A stretch of 64,000 nucleotides of DNA from an uncultured Planctomycetaceae bacterium (GCA_963976765.1 CAXBME010000005.1:186001-250000); one strand, 5' to 3'; positions 29,978 to 40,043 are shown, counted from the stretch's first letter. The notes: generated by a model from the letters alone, not told the origin. A program made the numbers and translations.

Positions 29978-31516
29978 TCAGTTCGTCCCGAACCGGTGTG
30001 ACACATGCAGGCGGAACTCGCCGCCAAAGTCATCATCGTTGCCGCCGGGAATTGCGGTTGCGTACCCGGCGGAAATCGTTGTGTTGTGCTGAAATTCGAA
30101 CACCATCCCGAAGGTTGTGTTCAACAGTTGGAAATCATCTTCTCGACCGATTGATCCAAGCGGCGAGAAATTGACTGACTCTGAATCTGTAAGCGACCGA
30201 CTAAGATGGAGCTCGAACAGCGGCATGATGGCCGTCAGTGTGGACGTTGAATCTGCTGGTTCCTGAACAAGCCAGTAGCCAGCGCTCACGTCGAGATACA
30301 TCATCGTGGCTGCGTTCAGGCTGCCGACCTGCGTCATTGTTCCCGAGCCAAACGGGCTGGGATTGGCGTAGACGGGCATCCCGTTGGCGTCGACATCGAT
30401 CTGGAAGAAGCCTTGTAGAAACAGGCCGCCATCAGCGATGTATGATGCTCCCAGAAATGGCATGATGTGGACGGCTTCGTTTTCGATTCGGATGAACTCC
30501 CGACTCGACGCTCCATCAGTGATGCTGTACGAGAGGTCTTCGGCTGTCGGAAGCACGAGCTGCAGACCACCACTCAGCAGCCAGTTGTCGCCCTGAGAGA
30601 AAATGCTTTTCAGTGCGACTGATATGTCGCCAATCTGGCCGGTGCTGGTGCCGGTCGAGCCGTTGACGTTGACATCGTTGTCGAGTGTTGCCGCAAATGG
30701 GAAACGTGCCTCGACAGACATCAGGCCGCTCAGGAAAGTCTTTTCAAAACCCGGCACAAACTGGTTGACACTTGCGGTGTTGGCCAGCGGGACGGATTCA
30801 AAATAGTTGTAGTTGAAGAAAAACCGATCACGAGGAATCGGGCTTCCGCCAGACGCCATTTTCAACAGGCCAACGTTGCCAAGCGAAGGCATAGTGGTTG
30901 TTCCGGCGGCGGCGGAAAGTGTCGCGGTGGCGGGGGTCGCGGTGAACGGTGTTCCGCTGACTGGATCAGAGACCGTCGCTGGCGTCGTGCCGCTCAGGAT
31001 GTCGATGGAACTGGTGACCGTCTGGGCTCCGGAAGTGCTGTCGATGGAGACTCGTTCGAGACCAAAGAAGCCTGTGACTCCGTTGGCATTTGTAGTTTCA
31101 GTCAGCAGTCCGCCGCCGGCTGCTCGGAAAAAGACAAATTCGGTTCCAAGGGCAACGTTTCCCGGGACAAGCAGCTGACTGCTCCCGTCCAGGTAAACGA
31201 AGCGGTTGTTCGCGGCGTCGAGCACAACGGGAGCCGCTCCTGCTCCCAGGCCGACGCCCGCTCCCGAGGCCGCCGCCGGAGCAGTGGCTTGAGGTCGGAA
31301 TGTCGCGTTTTGCTGCCCGGTTGACTGAAAAAAGTCCCCCAGCAGATTCGGCAGGCGATCAAGCGGAGAACCGCTGGCCACTCCGTACAGGGACGAGTTG
31401 TCTGCAAATTCCAGAAGATCCTGACCTCGCACCTCGTGCGACAGGCCGACTGCCACACACACGCTGAGGATCAGGCACTGAAGACTGGTTCGAGTTGTCG
31501 GCCGTGCGTTCAACAT
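29978..31516 (-). CDS. Hypothetical secreted protein, probable C-terminal outer-membrane beta-barrel
   Basis: Signal peptide; SPIPRDRFFFNYNYF, GFEKTF, GDISVALK, GLQLVLPT; alternating beta-strand pattern ending FRLHVSHRF. Confidence 0.65.
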   Translation of the reverse strand: MLNARPTTRTSLQCLILSVCVAVGLSHEVRGQDLLEFADNSSLYGVASGSPLDRLPNLLGDFFQSTGQQNATFRPQATAPAAASGAGVGLGAGAAPVVLDAANNRFVYLDGSSQLLVPGNVALGTEFVFFRAAGGGLLTETTNANGVTGFFGLERVSIDSTSGAQTVTSSIDILSGTTPATVSDPVSGTPFTATPATATLSAAAGTTTMPSLGNVGLLKMASGGSPIPRDRFFFNYNYFESVPLANTASVNQFVPGFEKTFLSGLMSVEARFPFAATLDNDVNVNGSTGTSTGQIGDISVALKSIFSQGDNWLLSGGLQLVLPTAEDLSYSITDGASSREFIRIENEAVHIMPFLGASYIADGGLFLQGFFQIDVDANGMPVYANPSPFGSGTMTQVGSLNAATMMYLDVSAGYWLVQEPADSTSTLTAIMPLFELHLSRSLTDSESVNFSPLGSIGREDDFQLLNTTFGMVFEFQHNTTISAGYATAIPGGNDDDFGGEFRLHVSHRFGTN

Positions 31517-31716
31517 CGCAGGTCGCCTTGTTTCCGAATTTCGAGTTCTCGGATGCTGCATATCCGGACTGGTTGTAGCGGTCGCGCTACATGTCCTGAT
31601 CAGTCAAATCGGCAAAGCTGGGGCCTCTACCTCAGCGAATCCGGGAACGACAGGCCGGAAAATCGGCAAAATCCGAAAATATTGCCCAGCCTGCCACGGC
31701 TGTGCCTCGGACTGCG

Positions 31717-31980
31717 TTATGAGAGCGGAGCCAGATCAGTTCGCAGAATCCACAGACTGTTGGGGATTTCGTTGTGACAATGCCGCCCAAGACCAGAAAC
31801 AGACACGGCGAATTTCACAAGTACCCGACCAGCAAGTGATCGACTTGTGGACAACGCCACAATTTCTGCCTCCTGCCCGCAAAGAAGCGAGTAGTTTTCA
31901 GGCGGATGGGCGTTACTGGGCGAGCATGTTTTCCCAATGAAAGAGATCAACCGAACGCGGTCACCGACCTGCATTGGCAT
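31717..31980 (-). CDS. Small hypothetical protein
   Basis: MPMQVGDRVRL...ENYSLL...RVLVKF...HCHNEIPNSLWI; globular-looking 87 aa; start re-assigned to ATG 31980 or 31974. Confidence 0.55.
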   Translation of the reverse strand: MPMQVGDRVRLISFIGKTCSPSNAHPPENYSLLCGQEAEIVALSTSRSLAGRVLVKFAVSVSGLGRHCHNEIPNSLWILRTDLAPLS

Positions 31981-32048
31981 TTTCCATGAGCGATGCAGGA
32001 CTTGTTTTCGTTCCTGCTTGTCACGAGAGGACAAGGAGCACGTGTTGG

Positions 32049-32732
32049 CTATTCGCCGGAGGCTTTGCCCGCCTGGCTGTGGTTGGCGTAAGTTGGCCAG
32101 TCGGGCTCGTACTCGGCAGACTGATTTCCCCAGACGTTCCACTTCGGGCTGAAGGCGCCGCGGGCGAAGAGTTCCAGGTACGGACCAGGGCTGCATTCTT
32201 CAATCACCTGATACAGCTCATCCGGTTTGCGAGAGTGTTCGCGCTTTCGAGACTTGATGATGTTCACCTGGCGGCGCCCGGGAGCCAGCGTCCGCATGGA
32301 GCCTCGGACTCCGAACAACACGAGTTCGGTCGTATTGCGAAAGTAGAAGCCAACACCGCGACCGTCAGGCTCTCCGTCTTTCCGAACTTTGTGCCAGACA
32401 AGGTTCGACTTGTAGGTGAATCCCCAGGCTTCCATCACGGCCAGCCCCTCGGCGAGCAGCGCGTTGGGCACCCACAAGTAAAGATGACTCTTCTCGGCAG
32501 CCGCGACGTGAACGGGAATCGCTTTCACATCGTCGAGCTTCAGCGTGGGGTACCTGGTCAGCCGACCATGCTCCGGCGCAACCTTCCCGGTTCGATTCGT
32601 GAATTGCCAGGGTGGGTCGGCGAGGATTGTTCCGCATTTCAGCTCGGAGCATTCTTCGGCGAAGGACTCAGCCGCTGACTTTTCGACATTGGCGGGCGCC
32701 CTTTCCTTAGCAGCTTTCTTTGATACTGGCAT
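32049..32732 (-). CDS. MT-A70 family N6-adenine methyltransferase (orphan)
   Basis: ILADPPW, HLYLWVPN, GFYFRNTTE, HSRKP, YLELFAR. Confidence 0.93.
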   Translation of the reverse strand: MPVSKKAAKERAPANVEKSAAESFAEECSELKCGTILADPPWQFTNRTGKVAPEHGRLTRYPTLKLDDVKAIPVHVAAAEKSHLYLWVPNALLAEGLAVMEAWGFTYKSNLVWHKVRKDGEPDGRGVGFYFRNTTELVLFGVRGSMRTLAPGRRQVNIIKSRKREHSRKPDELYQVIEECSPGPYLELFARGAFSPKWNVWGNQSAEYEPDWPTYANHSQAGKASGE

Positions 32733-32762
32733 GTCTGGTGATCAGCCCTCGGGCGAACGACT

Positions 32763-32833
32763 AACCACAGAGGCACAGAGATCACTGAAGAAACCCGGCG
32801 AAGTTACTTTGTGATCTCTGTGCCTCTGTAGTT
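32763..32833. repeat. Palindromic element (family B, ACCACAGAGGCACAGAG type)
   Basis: AACCACAGAGGCACAGAGATCAC / GTGATCTCTGTGCCTCTGTAGTT, 22/23 complementary. Confidence 0.9.
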
Positions 32834-32855
32834 CAAATCGAAAAGTAACCTGTTA

Positions 32856-33809
32856 TTAGTTCTGACGATGAACGACGAAGCCTGGCGTTTCGACGCGAAT
32901 TGAAAACAGCGTCTTGCCGGCCGTGATGAATAATGTTTGAAGGTCGTCGCCGCCGAACGTTACGTTCGTGAGGACGTCTTCAGGGATCGGGATACGACCT
33001 TTGACGTTCCCGTCAGGGCTGACGATCCAGATACCCGGTGGAACGGTCGATTCTTCGTGTGGTCCTCGCGGTCGAGAGATTCCCGCAGCGATGTAGAGGT
33101 CGCCGTTCCGAGCAACGGCCATTCCGTCACCGCCTCGTCCCGGAGCAAAGTCGATGACCACCTGCCGGTTGCTGACTTCTCCGTCAGGTGAAAGATCGAA
33201 CTTCCAGATCTTTCGATTGCCTCCAACGATCGGGCAGCTGTCGACCAGGTAAAGTGTCTGCTCGTCCGGGCTGATCGCGATGCCGTTTGGTCGTTGAATT
33301 TCCGGCTGGGTGATCACTTGCGAAACCGAACCGTCGACATCGATCCGGTAAACCGAATCATGGTCCAGCTCCATCGTCGTTCGGTCGCCGTAGCACGGAT
33401 CAGTAAAAAAGATCTGCCCATTACTGCACGCGGCGATGTCGTTCGGCGCGTTGTACTTCTTTCCTCCGAAGTTGTCAGTCAAGATTTCAACGTCACCTGT
33501 TGCCAGGTTCGTGCGAGTAATCCGGCGATTGCCGTCATTGTCGCCGAATTCGTTGCCTTCACAGGCGAGCAATCGGCCTTGTGGATCAAACAGCAGGCCG
33601 TTTGCCCGGCCGCTGGGTTCTCGAAAAATGCTCGTTGCGCCGGCCACCGAATCGAATTTCATGATCCGGTTGTTGGCGATGTCGCTGAAGTAGACTGTTC
33701 CGTCTGCGGTCGCCGCCGGGCCTTCGGTAAAGGCGACAATCGTCGTCGCGGCTGCTTCTCCAGCGGCAATTTCTGCGGGCAGACTTACCGAGTGAAAATC
33801 GATTGTCAT
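32856..33809 (-). CDS. SMP-30/gluconolactonase/LRE family protein
   Basis: FTEGP, APND, RPNG, GDG metal-ligand motifs; NVTFGG. Confidence 0.92.
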   Translation of the reverse strand: MTIDFHSVSLPAEIAAGEAAATTIVAFTEGPAATADGTVYFSDIANNRIMKFDSVAGATSIFREPSGRANGLLFDPQGRLLACEGNEFGDNDGNRRITRTNLATGDVEILTDNFGGKKYNAPNDIAACSNGQIFFTDPCYGDRTTMELDHDSVYRIDVDGSVSQVITQPEIQRPNGIAISPDEQTLYLVDSCPIVGGNRKIWKFDLSPDGEVSNRQVVIDFAPGRGGDGMAVARNGDLYIAAGISRPRGPHEESTVPPGIWIVSPDGNVKGRIPIPEDVLTNVTFGGDDLQTLFITAGKTLFSIRVETPGFVVHRQN

Positions 33810-33827
33810 GACACGTCCTGTACGAGT

Positions 33828-34412
33828 TCAGCGTCCATCAACACCAGGTACTGGCATTTCCTGACCGTTCACCGCGTTCAACATTTTTGTTTTAGTGATC
33901 TTCCACTCGCCGGCCTGCTTCTGCCAGGTCATCTCCCAACGGGACGGATGATGGCCACTTTGTGACCCTGCGGCGAACGTGGCGTTGGCGCGGAAATGTG
34001 TCACGGCCATTGTGTTCTGGTTTGTGAGCTGAATTCTCACATCAGTGACGCGAATGTCACCTTCGACACGGACAAACATCAGAGCAGCAACGATTCGGGC
34101 TCGGTCGACCGTGTTGGATTCCGCGAAGTAAGTCTGGCAGCGAACCTGTTCTGGTTTCGTTCCTGAACCGGCCCCAAACAGATTTGACTCTTCGACAAAC
34201 GTGTCAACGAGATCGTGCAGGTTCTTCTCGACCTGTTCACCGTCGGTGACGATGGCGATTTCGGCGAAGTAAATCGTGATGGCAGCCAGCAACAGCAAGG
34301 GTAACGCGATAAGAAACCTGGCTCGTTGAGTCGTCATGAAGGCGATGAAGAAAATCGCTGCGATGACTGTGCAGAGAATGATCGGCGACCAGGCGTCTTC
34401 AGTGAACCACAT
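33828..34412 (-). CDS. Hypothetical membrane protein (2 TM plus NTF2-like C-terminal domain)
   Basis: Start re-assigned to MWFTEDAW; two TMs; ends WEMTWQKQAGEWKIT. Confidence 0.7.
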   Translation of the reverse strand: MWFTEDAWSPIILCTVIAAIFFIAFMTTQRARFLIALPLLLLAAITIYFAEIAIVTDGEQVEKNLHDLVDTFVEESNLFGAGSGTKPEQVRCQTYFAESNTVDRARIVAALMFVRVEGDIRVTDVRIQLTNQNTMAVTHFRANATFAAGSQSGHHPSRWEMTWQKQAGEWKITKTKMLNAVNGQEMPVPGVDGR

Positions 34413-34417
34413 TTGAT

Positions 34418-34888
34418 TTACCCACTGACTACAGGAAGGCTGAGGCCGGCGGCACGTTCGCGAACCCACGGTGATCGCTTCTTAGGCGGCAGGATTGCTT
34501 CTGCGTATTCTTCGATTTGCTCCGGGCATTCGAAAAGCTGGTCATAACCAGAGTCGTTGTCGTATTCGCAGTCTTTGGTGGTGTATTCGCGACAGATCTG
34601 CGGCCGGGTTTCGTAGGTGCCACAACCGTTGTCTGCCTGCAGGTGTTTACAGTCTGCGTAAACCATGATGAACCAGGTGCCGTCCTCGACAAAGAACGAC
34701 GCCTTACCGTGCAGCAGGTACCACCGCATGTAGTCGAAGTCTTTCCACTTCTTCGGAGTGTCGATCGGAAAGGCGTAGTAGCGGCAACATTTGGCGGTGC
34801 AGTATTCGCAAAGATTCTCGCCATCTTTCAGGTCTTCACGAGCGATCGGGGTTCGCGCGTTGAAGGTCGAAGTCTCAGTCGTCGACAT
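34418..34888 (-). CDS. YkgJ-family Cys-cluster (CxxCxxxCC) protein
   Basis: CEYCTAKCC, CKHL...CGTYETRPQICREY. Confidence 0.9.
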   Translation of the reverse strand: MSTTETSTFNARTPIAREDLKDGENLCEYCTAKCCRYYAFPIDTPKKWKDFDYMRWYLLHGKASFFVEDGTWFIMVYADCKHLQADNGCGTYETRPQICREYTTKDCEYDNDSGYDQLFECPEQIEEYAEAILPPKKRSPWVRERAAGLSLPVVSG

Positions 34889-35013
34889 GATCGATTTCCG
34901 CAGTGCGATACGAAATAAAAAAGCAGAGCGCATGGAAACCCGCGACATCCGGCAGGGCGTCGCAAAAAGTTCCAACGAACTCTGCATTGAAAGATCAACA
35001 GAGCGGACCGACT

Positions 35014-36288
35014 TTAGTCGAGCAGTTCGTGCCTGACCAGATCCTCGTAGTTTTCCTTGCGACGCACGATCCTGTACGAGTCACCGTCGACCATGATTTC
35101 GGTGCCGCGAGGGCGTGAGTTGTAGTTGCTGCTCATGACCGTGCCGTAAGCTCCGACGCTGTAGGTGCAAAGTAAATCGCCCCGTTCCATTGGCGGCAGG
35201 AATCGATCTTTCGCGAGATAGTCGCATGATTCACAGACGGGACCAACGACGTCAGCGGCTTCGCAACCTGCGGGTTGAGACTCCGCATCGGCAGGCATTT
35301 CGACGGCGGGCTTAACTGGCCAGACTCGATGGAATGAGTCGTACATCGCTGGTCGAACGAGGTCGTTCATACCGCCGTCCTGAATGTAGAACAGCTTACC
35401 GCCTTCACGCTTTGTGAAAATGATTCTGCTGATCAGGATGCCCGAGTTGCCAGCGATGAACCGACCGGGTTCCAGGGCGAGTCGACACTCTGCTTCTTTG
35501 ACGGCCGGGACGATAACTTTCGCATACTCCGCTGCGGACAGGCCTTCGTCGTGGCGATAGCTGATGGCAAATCCGCCCCCGAGATTGATCCAACTGATAT
35601 CGTGACCTTTGGCTCGGTACTCACGAACGATTTCGATCGCCTTTTGAGCAGCACGTTCATACGGATCTGTCGAGTGAATCGGCGAGCCGAGGTGCATGTG
35701 AATTCCGCTGAGCTTCAGATGCGGATCGGCCAGCACTTTATCAGCAAGCTGTCCGGCACGTTCGATATCCATACCGAACTTGTTGCCCTTCTTGCCGGTG
35801 GTCGTCTTCACGTGAGTCTTTGCGTCGATGTCCGGGTTCAGTCGTAGAGCGACTCGACCAACTTTGCCCATTGATGAAGCAACCGCTGAGATGGCATCGA
35901 GTTCGGCTTCGCTTTCGACGTCGAACTTCAGGATGTCACATTCCAGCGCGAAGCGAATTTCCTCATCGGTTTTGCCGACGCCCGCGAAAACGACGCGAGT
36001 CGTGTCAGCGCCGGCCTGTTTGACCCGGAAGAGTTCTCCGCCGGATACAACGTCGAAACTGGCTCCGGCTTCGTTCATTGTGCGAAGAAGTGTGAGGTTG
36101 GAGTTTGCTTTGACCGAGTAGCAAATGACCGGCTCGACATCGGCAAACGCTTCCTGAATCTGCCCAAGCTGATGCAGCAACTGCGCCTTCGAGTAAATCC
36201 AAAGCGGAGTGCCGAACTTTTCGGCCAGAGGCGCCACAGCGACGTCCTCACAGAAGAGTTCTCCATTGCGATACTGAAATGCGTTCAT
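35014..36288 (-). CDS. lysA: Diaminopimelate decarboxylase
   Basis: CYSVKAN (PLP Lys), [26 protein letters not shown]. Confidence 0.97.
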   Translation of the reverse strand: MNAFQYRNGELFCEDVAVAPLAEKFGTPLWIYSKAQLLHQLGQIQEAFADVEPVICYSVKANSNLTLLRTMNEAGASFDVVSGGELFRVKQAGADTTRVVFAGVGKTDEEIRFALECDILKFDVESEAELDAISAVASSMGKVGRVALRLNPDIDAKTHVKTTTGKKGNKFGMDIERAGQLADKVLADPHLKLSGIHMHLGSPIHSTDPYERAAQKAIEIVREYRAKGHDISWINLGGGFAISYRHDEGLSAAEYAKVIVPAVKEAECRLALEPGRFIAGNSGILISRIIFTKREGGKLFYIQDGGMNDLVRPAMYDSFHRVWPVKPAVEMPADAESQPAGCEAADVVGPVCESCDYLAKDRFLPPMERGDLLCTYSVGAYGTVMSSNYNSRPRGTEIMVDGDSYRIVRRKENYEDLVRHELLD

Positions 36289-36333
36289 AGTGAAGCCTGT
36301 TTAATTCAATGGCTGTCTGAGTGTCGATGTTTT

Positions 36334-36404
36334 CGTTATTCCCGCGGAGGCGGGAACCCTGTCTGAGTGCGTGTAACGGGTTGCCCGCCTGCGCGGGTAT
36401 GACG
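36334..36404. repeat. REP-like palindrome pair (family C, TCCCGCG..GGCGGGAA type)
   Basis: CGTTATTCCCGCGGAGGCGGGAACCC ... GGGTTGCCCGCCTGCGCGGGTATGACG. Confidence 0.8.
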
Positions 36405-36417
36405 GCCAGGTGATCGA

Positions 36418-36573
36418 TTAACCGTTCTTTGCTCGAACGATCTGAACGATTCCCCAGACAATCAGAATTCCGCCAAACGCAGCGAGTCCCTCGGGGCTAT
36501 CAAAACCTCGCAGGGCAAGCTGACCGCTGAGGCCACCGACGACGAACACGATTCCGATGATGATGTTCCACAT
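36418..36573 (-). CDS. 51-aa two-TM small membrane protein (not in ORF track)
   Basis: Manual translation MWNIIIGIVFVVGGLSGQLALRGFDSPEGLAAFGGILIVWGIVQIVRAKNG*; GAGG upstream; co-oriented with asd and lysA. Confidence 0.75.
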   Translation of the reverse strand: MWNIIIGIVFVVGGLSGQLALRGFDSPEGLAAFGGILIVWGIVQIVRAKNG

Positions 36574-36619
36574 GGCGACCTCGTCCCTCGATGATGCAGG
36601 ACGTCTTTCAATTCAATGA

Positions 36620-37636
36620 TCAGGACTGCTGTTTGGCCAGCAGTTCTGCAATCTGCACGGCATTCGTCGCCGCGCCTTTTCGCAGGTTGTCACTTACGCA
36701 CCAGAAGTTCAAGCCGTTCGGATTCGAGATATCTTTGCGGATTCGACCAATGAAAACTTCGTCGCTGCCGTCACACGTGCTGGGCATCGGGTACTTCTTT
36801 GCATCGAGGTCATCCACGACGGTGATGCCGGGGAAGTTCGAAAACAGCTCACGAGCTTCCTCGGGAGAAACCGGTCGCTCGGTTTCGACCGTGATGACCT
36901 CACTGTGGCAGTTGGCAACGGGAATACGGACGCAGGTCGGGCTGATGAGGATTGATTCGTCGCCGAGAATCTTGCGAGTCTCGTAGACCATCTTTAATTC
37001 TTCGCTGGTATAGCCGTCAGCTTTGTGGCCGCCAATCTGGGGAATCGCGTTGAAGGCGATCGGGTAGGCGAAGGCTTTGTACTCGTAGTCTTCACCGGCC
37101 AGGAATGCTCGCGAACCTGCTTCCAGATCGCGGTTACCTTGCAGGCCCGCTCCACTCGTGGCCTGGTAGGTGGAGACGATAACCCGTTTTACTTTGGCTG
37201 CGTCGTGCAACGGCTTCAGGGCGACAACCATCTGGGTCGTCGAGCAGTTTGGGCTGGCGATGATGCCTTTTGCATTCAGAGCGTCTTGCGGATTGATCTC
37301 CGGTACGACGAGAGCGACTTCCGGATTCATGCGCCAGTAGCCGGATTCGTCGATGACTTTACAGCCAGCTTTAACAGCGTGCGGCAGGAACTCAGCAGCA
37401 ATATCGTCAGGCGTGCTGGCAATCACGAGGTCCACGCCTTCGAAGGAATCCGGCGTCAGTTCCTCGACCGTGATTTCCTGGCCTTTGAACGTGACCTTCG
37501 TGCCGGCTGTTCGAGCTGACGCAAGGAGCCGGAATTTTTTCGCGGGGAAGTCTCGCTTTTCCAGCAGTTCAAGAATGATACTTCCAACGGCACCTGTGGC
37601 ACCGATCACGGCAACTGTCTCAAACACGGTCGTCAC
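36620..37636 (-). CDS. asd: Aspartate-semialdehyde dehydrogenase
   Basis: GATGAVG, SPNCST, STYQATSGAG, DNLRKGAATNAVQIAE. Confidence 0.97.
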   Translation of the reverse strand: MTTVFETVAVIGATGAVGSIILELLEKRDFPAKKFRLLASARTAGTKVTFKGQEITVEELTPDSFEGVDLVIASTPDDIAAEFLPHAVKAGCKVIDESGYWRMNPEVALVVPEINPQDALNAKGIIASPNCSTTQMVVALKPLHDAAKVKRVIVSTYQATSGAGLQGNRDLEAGSRAFLAGEDYEYKAFAYPIAFNAIPQIGGHKADGYTSEELKMVYETRKILGDESILISPTCVRIPVANCHSEVITVETERPVSPEEARELFSNFPGITVVDDLDAKKYPMPSTCDGSDEVFIGRIRKDISNPNGLNFWCVSDNLRKGAATNAVQIAELLAKQQS

Positions 37637-37905
37637 CTTCAGATTTCAAAATCAAGTGGATGCAGGAGATCGGCTCGGCTCTTCATACCAGAAAGAACTT
37701 TCCGCCTGCGACAGGACCAGCAGGTTACCTTTTCGGTTCACGACTGGTTCGTTTATTGCTTCGTTGTGGGGGCTGCCGCCTGGTTGCAACCAGTGTCGCG
37801 AAGCGACAAGAGGAATTTCGAGCGACTTGTGGAGACCTCATTGCGGCGCCGTACGGACTGCGAGCAGCCTGTGCACTCTGTTTTGTAGCCATTGGGGATG
37901 ATTTG

Positions 37906-37927
37906 TGGTGGACAGTGCCCACCCTGC
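37906..37927 (-). repeat. Single GTAG-type REP-like palindrome (family D)
   Basis: Minus strand GCAGGGTGGGCACTGTCCACCA. Confidence 0.5.
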
Positions 37928-37943
37928 TGCTCCTGGCACGATG

Positions 37944-38852
37944 CTACGGTGAGTCGTTGATCACGTCGCACGGGACTTTGCGGGCGATGCGTTTCATCAA
38001 ACCTTTGAGCACTCTGCCCGGACCAATTTCATAGAAGTGGTCGGCTCCATCGTCGAGCATTCGTCGGACGCATTTTTCCCAGAGGACGGGATTGACTACT
38101 TGCTGAACGAGGATCGAGCGGATTTCTGCCGGATCACTGTGTGGTTCGGCGTCGACGTTGGAGATCACCGGAATTCTCGGGGTAGAGATTTCGACGGTTT
38201 CCAGAACTTTGGCGAGCTGTTCGACAGCTGGCTGCATGAACGGCGTGTGGAACGCGCCGGCAACTGAAAGTGGAATCGGTCGACCGCCTGCTTCTTCAAT
38301 GAGGATGGCCGCTCGCCCGCACGCCGCGGTGTCGCCAGACAGGACGGTGTTGCCTGGGCAAAGCCGGTTGGCAACCCAGATGCCGCCAGCTTCGGACGCC
38401 TGTGCGACGACGTTGTCGACCTGCTCGTCGCTCAACAGCAAAGCACTGACCATGCCTGATGGAGCGGCATCGGCAGCAGCCTGCATTGCCTGTCCGCGTT
38501 TGCGAACGAGTTTCAAGCCGTCTTCGAACGAGATCGCTCCGGCGAAAGTTAAAGCGGTGTACTCACCGAGGCTTAGCCCGGCGGCCATCGAACATTGTTC
38601 GACAACGTCGGGCTGTTCGGCCTTCAGGATTTCCAGAGCGGCGAAACTGCTGACGAACAGCGCCGGCTGGCTGATGTCGGTCTTGTCGAGTTCGTCCTGC
38701 GGTCCTTCGAAGCAGAGCTTTGCCAGGTCCACGCCGAGGACCTCGTTCGCTCGCTCAAACAGTTCTCTGGCAGCCGAGTGGTTTTCGACGATGGTCTTCG
38801 CCATGCCGACGTGCTGAGCGCCCTGGCCGGGAAACATGAATGCAGTTGTCAT
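37944..38852 (-). CDS. fabD: Malonyl-CoA:ACP transacylase
   Basis: FPGQGAQ, GLSLGEY, GAFHT; start re-assigned to ATG 38852 (GGAG RBS). Confidence 0.96.
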   Translation of the reverse strand: MTTAFMFPGQGAQHVGMAKTIVENHSAARELFERANEVLGVDLAKLCFEGPQDELDKTDISQPALFVSSFAALEILKAEQPDVVEQCSMAAGLSLGEYTALTFAGAISFEDGLKLVRKRGQAMQAAADAAPSGMVSALLLSDEQVDNVVAQASEAGGIWVANRLCPGNTVLSGDTAACGRAAILIEEAGGRPIPLSVAGAFHTPFMQPAVEQLAKVLETVEISTPRIPVISNVDAEPHSDPAEIRSILVQQVVNPVLWEKCVRRMLDDGADHFYEIGPGRVLKGLMKRIARKVPCDVINDSP

Positions 38853-39023
38853 TTGTTTTCTCCAGTTATCCGGCGCGGGGTGCTCCGGATGATCGCACTG
38901 ACAATCGGGAGTTCCGTTCGCCAGTCGAATGAGTGTTGGAAGAATCGTCGTCACCGTCCGTGGGGAGACAATTCGAGGATCACGTTCTGACCCGGAAGCA
39001 ATTATGTAAACCGCAGCTGGCGA

Positions 39024-40037
39024 TCAGCCGATTTCTGCGGCGACCATTTCCTCAGACAGGTCGGTTGTGATCTGCCCGTTAATATCGCGGTTCATGAGCT
39101 TTGTTGACGACTTGATTGCGTTCTGGATTGCACGAGCATCGCTTGATCCGTGACAGATAACGCAGGCTCCGTCGATTCCAAGCAGTGGAGCACCGCCCTG
39201 CTCGCTGTACTGATACTGCCGACCAATCTGCTGGAATGCTCGCTTCGCGATATCGCGTTCCGCATCCAGGGCTCCGACGACATGAGGAGTGATCGCTTTG
39301 AACAGAAAGTCGGCCATGCCTTCGCTGACTTTCAGCACGACGTTGCCAACAAACCCTTCGCAGATCAGAACATCCGCCTCGCCCTGGTAGAGCCCTCGGC
39401 CTTCGACGTTACCGACGTAACGGTTTTTCAGACGGCTGCGCGACAGCAGCGTATGAGTGTCCCGGTAAAGGTCATTGCCTTTTCCTTCTTCGCTGCCGAT
39501 GTTCATCAGGCCAACGCTGGGGTTTGCGATCCCCAGGATTTCCTTGGCGTAGATCGTGCCCATCACGCCGTACTGATAGAGGTGCTCCGGGCGGGCTGCC
39601 GGATTGGCTCCAACGTCCAGCAGAATCGAACGCCCCTTTAGTGTTGGAAGCGTGACGGCAATGCCTGGTCGCTTTACGCCTTTCAGAAACAGACGTGTCC
39701 GAAGGCCGGAAGCGACGACGGCGCCCGTGTTACCGGCACTGACCAACGCATCGACCGATCGGGCGGCCATCAGCTTCCAGCAGACAGCGATTGATGAGTT
39801 CGGCTTGGATCGCAGCGTCTCAGCCGGCTTTTCGTGCATTTCCACGACGCCGTCAGACTGTTCGAAAGTCAGACGACTGTCAGAAAAGCCGGCGTCAGAA
39901 ACGTGACGTTCCAGCAGAGGCACATCGCCTACAAGAACCACCTCAATATCAGGCAGTTCCTGCAGAGCGGCAATGGCTCCCTTTACATTCGGAGTGGGGC
40001 CATCGTCGCCCCCCATCGCATCCAGAGCGATCCGCAT
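39024..40037 (-). CDS. plsX: Phosphate acyltransferase
   Basis: IALDAMGGD, SAGNTGA, LDVGAN, GAPLLG...HGSS. Confidence 0.97.
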   Translation of the reverse strand: MRIALDAMGGDDGPTPNVKGAIAALQELPDIEVVLVGDVPLLERHVSDAGFSDSRLTFEQSDGVVEMHEKPAETLRSKPNSSIAVCWKLMAARSVDALVSAGNTGAVVASGLRTRLFLKGVKRPGIAVTLPTLKGRSILLDVGANPAARPEHLYQYGVMGTIYAKEILGIANPSVGLMNIGSEEGKGNDLYRDTHTLLSRSRLKNRYVGNVEGRGLYQGEADVLICEGFVGNVVLKVSEGMADFLFKAITPHVVGALDAERDIAKRAFQQIGRQYQYSEQGGAPLLGIDGACVICHGSSDARAIQNAIKSSTKLMNRDINGQITTDLSEEMVAAEIG

Positions 40038-40043
40038 GGGATA

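Noticed and set aside
37670..37736. Resemblance to a c-di-GMP-I riboswitch upstream of asd (CGAAAAGGTAACCTGC...GCAGGCGGAAAG)
   Set aside because: Lacks the GNRA tetraloop and receptor and the GCAAA motifs; no lysine-riboswitch hallmarks either. An Rfam scan would settle it
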